A DNA stretch of 63,934 nucleotides, filler included, from Octopus bimaculoides (lineage: Eukaryota): assembly GCF_001194135.2 (NCBI RefSeq). It is 7 parts of 6 records of this genome, joined end to end, with 100 filler letters (N's around TTAATTAATTAA, not from the genome) between each part and the next. Parts side by side here need not be neighbours in the genome. Positions count along the whole stretch, not along the records: positions 62,104 to 63,934 come from NC_069004.1; 6 more parts are not named here. The stretch is one strand, 5' to 3'. Within the stretch, counting starts at the first letter, position 1. Each line of letters starts with the position of its first letter. Below are positions 63,332-63,934 of this stretch, in pieces. Made by a program: the position numbers and the translations under genes. Under the pieces are notes generated by a model. That model did not search any database. It was not told the DNA's origin and saw only the letters and a program-made list of their open reading frames with translations.

Positions 63332-63934
63332 CTACAGTGGATTAAAAATTGAGTTTCATGCTCTTCTGTCAGTTAAAAGTATAGTACTCTGCGTCACGTA
63401 TCGAGTTCTCCTGCCACGTTATAAAAGGAATGGTATGTACGTGTGTAAAATAAATCGCTTTTACAGTGGAACTCGAAGTAGATAAAGCTATAAATAATAT
63501 TTTGTAGACCACAGCAGATGTAGATTAATATCCCACGGGAAATCTTTGACTTTTCTTTTCAATCCAAACGGGATGTTTTAAACAAAATATTCTACATGCT
63601 ATTATTTATAGATATATCTACTTTTAGTTCCACATACATACATACATACATACACACAAACATACATACATGTATTATATATTCTTTTACTTGTTTCAGT
63701 CATTTGACTGCGGCCATGCTGGAGCACCGCCTTTAGTCGAGCGAATTGACCCCAGGATTTATTCTTTGTCAGCCTTGTACTTATTATATCTGTGCCTTTT
63801 TGCCTAACCGCTAAGTTACGAGGACGTAAACGCACCAGTATCGGTTATCAAGCGATGTTGGGGACACACAAAAATACACACACATGCACACAAACACACA
63901 CACGCACATACATATATATATATATATATATATA

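Overview
AT-rich, microsatellite-laden animal genomic DNA with many N gaps. The SINE/LINE content and repeat style suggest an octopus or other coleoid cephalopod draft assembly (inference). Only one cellular protein-coding gene can be supported. It is a + strand spliced gene with 8 well-supported coding exons at 1148-15493, plus a possible upstream mini-exon at 892-917. All exons join in frame with GT-AG sites and give about 355-361 aa: ankyrin repeats, then a C3HC4 RING, then a death domain. The ANK+RING half resembles the C-terminal half of Mind bomb (MIB1/2) E3 ligases, but it is fused to a death domain. The remaining ~48 kb is intergenic: tRNA-derived SINEs, decayed non-LTR elements (R4/Dong-like, HERO-like, RTE, Tx1/L1-like), a Gypsy-like 5' LTR+PBS+gag fragment, a solo LTR, and many foldback MITEs. 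Two MITEs share GGATC ends and 8-bp TSDs, and one of them carries head-to-head telomeric repeats. There are also several minimal hammerhead-ribozyme motifs, including a same-strand pair with compatible palindromic stem III at about 60.1-60.4 kb. Most long ORFs in the supplied track are artefacts of N runs and microsatellites. All calls are by eye, with no database searches.
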